This document shows, one piece after another, positions 58,712 to 64,000 of a DNA stretch of 64,000 nt (position 1 is the stretch's first letter; every line of letters starts with the position of its first letter). Source of the stretch: Trichoplax sp. H2 (lineage: Eukaryota); contig NOWV01000003.1 of the NCBI GenBank assembly GCA_003344405.1, positions 992,001-1,056,000 of the forward strand, in the 5' to 3' direction. A program made the position numbers and the translations under genes. The notes beneath the pieces were generated by a model that made no database searches, was not told where the DNA came from, and was given only the letters and a program-made list of their open reading frames with translations.

Positions 58712-61700
58712 ATGGCTGTCGAATTAAATAGTGTTACCCAGATCAGCGAAGAATTTCAAGATCTAACCAAAGAGTTCGCTCGTTTAGAGGTGCGCTTGAA
58801 AGTGGGCATGACATCGTCTATACGAAATCACAACTTGTTCATTGACTAGATAATGATAATTCACCAATGAAATGATAATGTAGAATAATAGAATACGCGT
58901 AGATGACTAGGAATTGATGATCAGCTATCTGCTAGTTCCAAAACTGTTATCGATAATCCTTGATTAGGACGATCAATATGTTGAATACACCAAGAAGGCT
59001 GAAGATCTCCACAACGTCCAAGGCAAATGCAAGCATGTTATTGATCATCAAAACAAGCGATTAAGAACGATACAATCATCCATGAGAAAGTAAGTTGTAT
59101 TTCTATTACTGCACACTACAGTACGTGCATATTAATGAATTATATGTGTAGGCTGATAGTGGATCTTCATCGGTTTAGCCTAGTTACAGTAACTTGTATG
59201 ATAGTGATTATACAAAGTTGGAACATTTTCAACCAGTAGCATACATACTCGTCAATCAATGAGGTAAAAGTCCTATATATAGAGATTTCATTGCCACTAA
59301 GCGGACCTACAGGACTAATGTAATCGTGAAGTAATCACCTGTAGTAAAGCCGGTGATATTGTACGCGTATGTCAATTATTCAGCTATTTAGCAATATAAT
59401 GAGCATTACAGTACTGAAATTTACTTCTTGGAATCTGCATATTTTGACAAGTGTGATTAGTAGCTCTTGTTTTTCCATGACAACTGTATCAAAATTTATC
59501 TTGCTAAATAATTAAATTATTAGGCTGCAAAAAAATGATCTATCTCCGGAAGAAAGAAACATTTGCGATAAAATTAAATCTGATATTAAAGAAAGGCAGC
59601 AAAAACTTTCCGAGATACAATTAAATTTGCCAAAAACAAACAGGTATAATCCACTGTGAATGGACCGCAGAAAGATCACGCATTACTGCTACTGTAGAAT
59701 GACTGATATACAGTACTACTGTTTTGACTGCGACGATTTGATTGTCCTTCTGCAAAACACAATATTATACCTCCTATTAATAATAATATAATTATGAATT
59801 CATTAGTTTGCTACTGAGATTGATATTGGGCCAGGTTAACTTGACACTACTTAGTGAAACAGAAAGGTACGTATACAATTTCAAATGACAACTTGACTTA
59901 ACCTAGTTAGCATTCAACTCTTTTGTTGAACAGCTACAATCTTAAACTACCATTCAATTAAATAATCACTAATTTAAATATTTTCTACGAGTGTTTACAG
60001 ATTATACAACAATTTATTACACTTACTAGGTTCAAATAAAATTACCTCATAAACGTGATTATTTCATGTATTAAATCATCCAATCCATAATACTATTTTT
60101 TTAGGTTCGACTATAAAGATGAATATGAAACATTCAAATTAAACATTACCACGTTATCGTTGGCCTTAACTTGTATCAACCTACTAGTTAGTAACGTGTA
60201 CGTAAGCTTCTTTGTACCTAATTTCATGCAAACTACTATTCGTATATGATATTAAAGAACGATAATATTGCCAATTGAACTATTTTGTAACATTAGTAAA
60301 TGGAAAAATTGCATATATAGGGCTGCCTACTATTGTTAGAGAATAATTAATTTAGTATTCCTAATTTTAGTATCTTTTCTAAAATACTAAAGCCATAATT
60401 TTCTGGTATCTAGTATCCTGGATCATTTATTTCATTTTGTATTGGTTTGGTACTATTGCACAGTCACTATCAGGGAGCATATTTTACGTCTTAACGGCTC
60501 AAGGTAAAGTTTTTAGTTTTTACAATGACACAGATGGTGCATGTTTTTGGCTGGACATGCGCCTAAACGAATGAGTCTGTCTTCAAGTGTTACATAAATG
60601 TACATGGCGTTGTTTAGATTTTTTATAAAAGCGATTGGAGGAACTACATATATTTTACATTTTTAGGATTCACTCAGTAGATGAATTTTAGTCACACTAT
60701 GCAACGCATGGTATAAAAATTGTGGCCTAAACGTTGTTCTCAATGATTCATAAACCTTACGTTTATTCGTATATTCGTAGATAATTTTATAACATTCGCT
60801 CAATATTCTTTGTCGTTGTATATTATATATAGAATCAAAGGATGGTGGATTATTCATCATTACTTTTCTGCAATTTTATCATGTATTCTTTTAGTAAGGT
60901 AAGTAAATTGCAATCGTTATTAACATATACGTATAATCTTACGCTACTGGCGTAAATCTGAATTATAACCTCGACTAAATGTAGAAATAAGACGTGAGTT
61001 AATACACACGGATATCAGAACTATCCTTTCTGTAAAATACGGCAAACTATATTTGTTTGTTCATGTAGCGGGTATCAACAATATTAACTATAACTCATTT
61101 ATATTTAATTTTTTTCTCGACAGCCCGATTAATCAACGTTACTACGCCTTCAGAGAAACGTTTAATTATTCATCATTGTTTCAAGGTCTATCTTACATAT
61201 AATTCATGCTCAAATAAATTTTAACTAAAAATATAACATGAAATATATGAAAACAATGAACATATTCAAATCAAGCCATACACTTTGTACCGCTAGGCTT
61301 CGTACAAGTACTCCAGTATTATTATCAACGAGGCTGTTTGTATCGTCTAAAGACTCTCGGTGAAACAGAAAAAATGGTCGTCACTGGTGGTATGATTTAT
61401 TTGGAATGTTTACAAAATACTATGAGATCAGTTCTAATGATTACGATGCTCAATCGGTCAATTACTGCTCGAAGATTTTAAAACTCTGATTTCTTCATTT
61501 AATCGATAATATTAATAAATTTTCTAGAGGGCTTTCGTGCGTTCATGTGGCGTGGATTGAGCTTCTTACTCCCCTTTCTGTTTACTGTTTACGTTAGTGA
61601 CATAACTTCACATTCAAAAAGGTTTAATTTAGTTTAAATTGTTACTGACTTATTTTAATCTTATATATTTCAGGCTTTCCAGCTTTACTGCGCTTATACG

Positions 61701-61990
61701 TTATATAACATAGCAATTAAGCAAGATTGTTACGAATGGCAGGTTCATACCAACTAATATATTTAATACCAAATATACAAAAAGTATACATGTACATCGT
61801 ATAGATTAGCGTTAGTAACCGAGTGACGTCATTTGAAGGTCTAAAATATCATAACTAACCTAACCTAACTTCATTTCAGTTTCCAGCCTTAAGTATATTA
61901 TTCTTCGTCTTGGCATTTGGTAATATAATTACTACTCTTGGAGTTATCAACAACAAACTTAGACGAAGGCCTCCTTCAAAAACCGATTAA
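58712..61990 (+). CDS. TMEM120: TMEM120 (TACAN/TMPIT) family membrane protein
   Basis: N-terminal coiled coil, [101 protein letters not shown]; stop TAA 61988-61990. Confidence 0.95.
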
Positions 61991-62987
61991 TATCAAAATC
62001 TAAACAGCTTCTTAGCATCACAATGTTGTTACAGTTAGCAGTCGATTCCATTTAACTGCATAAAATTCTACGAATATAATGGTTTAGCGATTTTGGCGAT
62101 ATTGTTACCGGGTAATTAGCTAAGATCACCGACAACACTACCTAGTGTGATCCACACTAATTGCCGTGATTAGTGTAATGTACTACTTTCACTTTTTATT
62201 ATATTTTATATGCAGTTTGCAACAACCGTGGGTTCTTTTGCATAAACATACTCAGCATGCGCGTGATTTAACATAATTAGAAATATGAGATTGCTACTAC
62301 TAAAATCATGTTTGTATTCTTATCCCTGCAAATATGGATACTTCAATAATTAATAGTTACATAATTTAAAGCACAAATACGCTAAGATGATTATTGCCAA
62401 TCTTTTTATTATTTAAATGAACTTTTCTTTAATTATAATTATGTAAATTAAATGATTAGTTAATTGTAGTATAGCAAAGTATAAAATTTTATATTTATTT
62501 TGCATTTTCTTGTTTGATATGTCGACTATATCTACTTAGAGATAGTGTAATAAAATATGGCAAGGACTTTATCGCTTGAATGATTAACAAGAAAAATCTT
62601 TCATATACTGAATAACATTTGATTAAAAGAGTGATTTTGTACGTTATACAATTTTATATCAGGGAGGCTTATAAGTGCTTTCATAAAAGTGAGATGCGTG
62701 TGCCTCTAAAGATTGTATTGCACATAGTGTGGTAATAACAACCGCATGTAATTTATATTTAGTGTAAAAGATAAGAAATATTGCAAATGAGTAAATTATA
62801 TGCAGAGCTTTAGCCCAGTCGAGATGCATATAGGTACCAGAATAATCCATACGCACTTACTATGCAATGATAAAATACAAAGATAAAGTATACGCTCTCC
62901 AGTCAATGAAAAATTTATCAACTGATACTTGTAAATTCTTGATACCTATTGTGTACATTACTAAACAAGTCCATATGTATACTGATA

Positions 62988-64000
62988 TTAGATTGCACAA
63001 GAGTCTTGATACAACTGCATGGCTTCTTCAGTGTAAGGATGAGAACTTCCTAATAAAGTGTCGAATAAATTAGCGGCAGTCCTAAATTGATATTCGGCAC
63101 GCTGGTGCATATTTGTGCTTTGATAAAAGCATGCTAAGTTAAATCGAGCAATGGCAGCATGAATATTCGGAGTGTCGCCGTAGTAATCCCCAAGGATAGA
63201 CAATACAACGGAATAAATCGCTTCTGCACTATCTTTTTGTAAATCGGCATATGCTAAAGCTATATTATTGAGTATGCCTACCGAAGAAGGAGATTTAGAC
63301 CTTAATACATAAATCCACTTAATCTTGATAATGGAAAGTAAGCATGTACAATACAGTACTATATAAACTACCGCTACAAAAATTCATAGTGCAACATCGT
63401 GATATTATATACGTTATATACAGTTAAAAAATTAATAGATAGTCTTCTATTCGCCATAATTCGGTTCGACTTAGTTCTTAATAGGACTATTACCTGCGGT
63501 CCGCGGATGAATAATGCCAAATTTTTTACAGGTTACTGCTAAATCTTCTATATAGAATGTCAAGGCTTCTCGATAGCTATTTTGTTTATAAGATAGCTGA
63601 CCAAACTAGAATTTTATTAACAAAGAATCGAAAATAAATTTTATATTATCTGGTATCCGTGATTTCCATTTATTTTATTAACATAAAGAATGTAAAGATT
63701 TGTCAGAAAATATTTTATTACTGTCGGCAAATGCAGTATATAATATAAACGTTTAATACCAGGTGTTAGTACATACCACACTTAATATAGATGTCACATA
63801 CGGATGATCAGAGCCTAAGAAATCCGTCGCTACTTCCAGGGCTCTGAAAATTACGCGTTTACTTTCCAGTAAATTTTTTTGAGTGCTTAAAACAGATCTA
63901 CAATGGCCAAGAAATTGTTGATGGAATTACTACGTATATAATTAGTAAGTATACGTACGCATATTGCTTGCAATGACCTACCCAAATCCCAAAAGACCCC
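62988..64000 (-). CDS. 3' end of a tetratricopeptide-repeat protein (kinesin light chain/nephrocystin-3-type repeats); partial
   Basis: Exons give FLGSDHPYV, LGQLSYKQNSYREALTFY..FGIIHPRTA, ILNNIALAY, AIARFNLACFY..RAEYQFRTA..LLGSSHPYT..*. Exon boundaries are uncertain. Confidence 0.7.

Overview
AT-rich, gene-dense eukaryotic (animal) genomic DNA with many short spliceosomal introns. Compact genes, human-like intron positions and (ACAGT/ACTGT)n arrays at promoters suggest a placozoan (Trichoplax-like) genome; this is inference, not a database result. Twelve multi-exon genes were reconstructed by reading exons: 14-3-3 epsilon-like (5' end outside the window), GGNBP2, FTSJ3/Spb1, USP30, PP1 catalytic subunit, PRKRIP1, INO80E, SRF, a second divergent SRF-type MADS gene, SYVN1/HRD1, TMEM120 and a partial TPR gene. 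Four pairs are head-to-head, each with self-complementary TACTG/TACAG arrays in the shared promoter. Three 20-N gaps are flanked by near-identical duplicates that look like uncollapsed haplotypes. Best leads: (1) a tail-to-tail SRF/SRF-like pair in which the paralogue keeps the DNA-recognition helix but has a remodelled cofactor surface, with a CArG box upstream; (2) a tandemly duplicated 62-nt GGNBP2 exon that could only be used mutually exclusively; (3) the TACTG promoter arrays and a dispersed TAGAGACCCTA mini-inverted-repeat element that is present in only one of the two SRF-promoter copies; (4) an ERSE-like element upstream of HRD1; (5) frequent AAG 3' splice sites. Most short ORFs in the supplied track are spurious. 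CDS coordinates span start to stop including introns.
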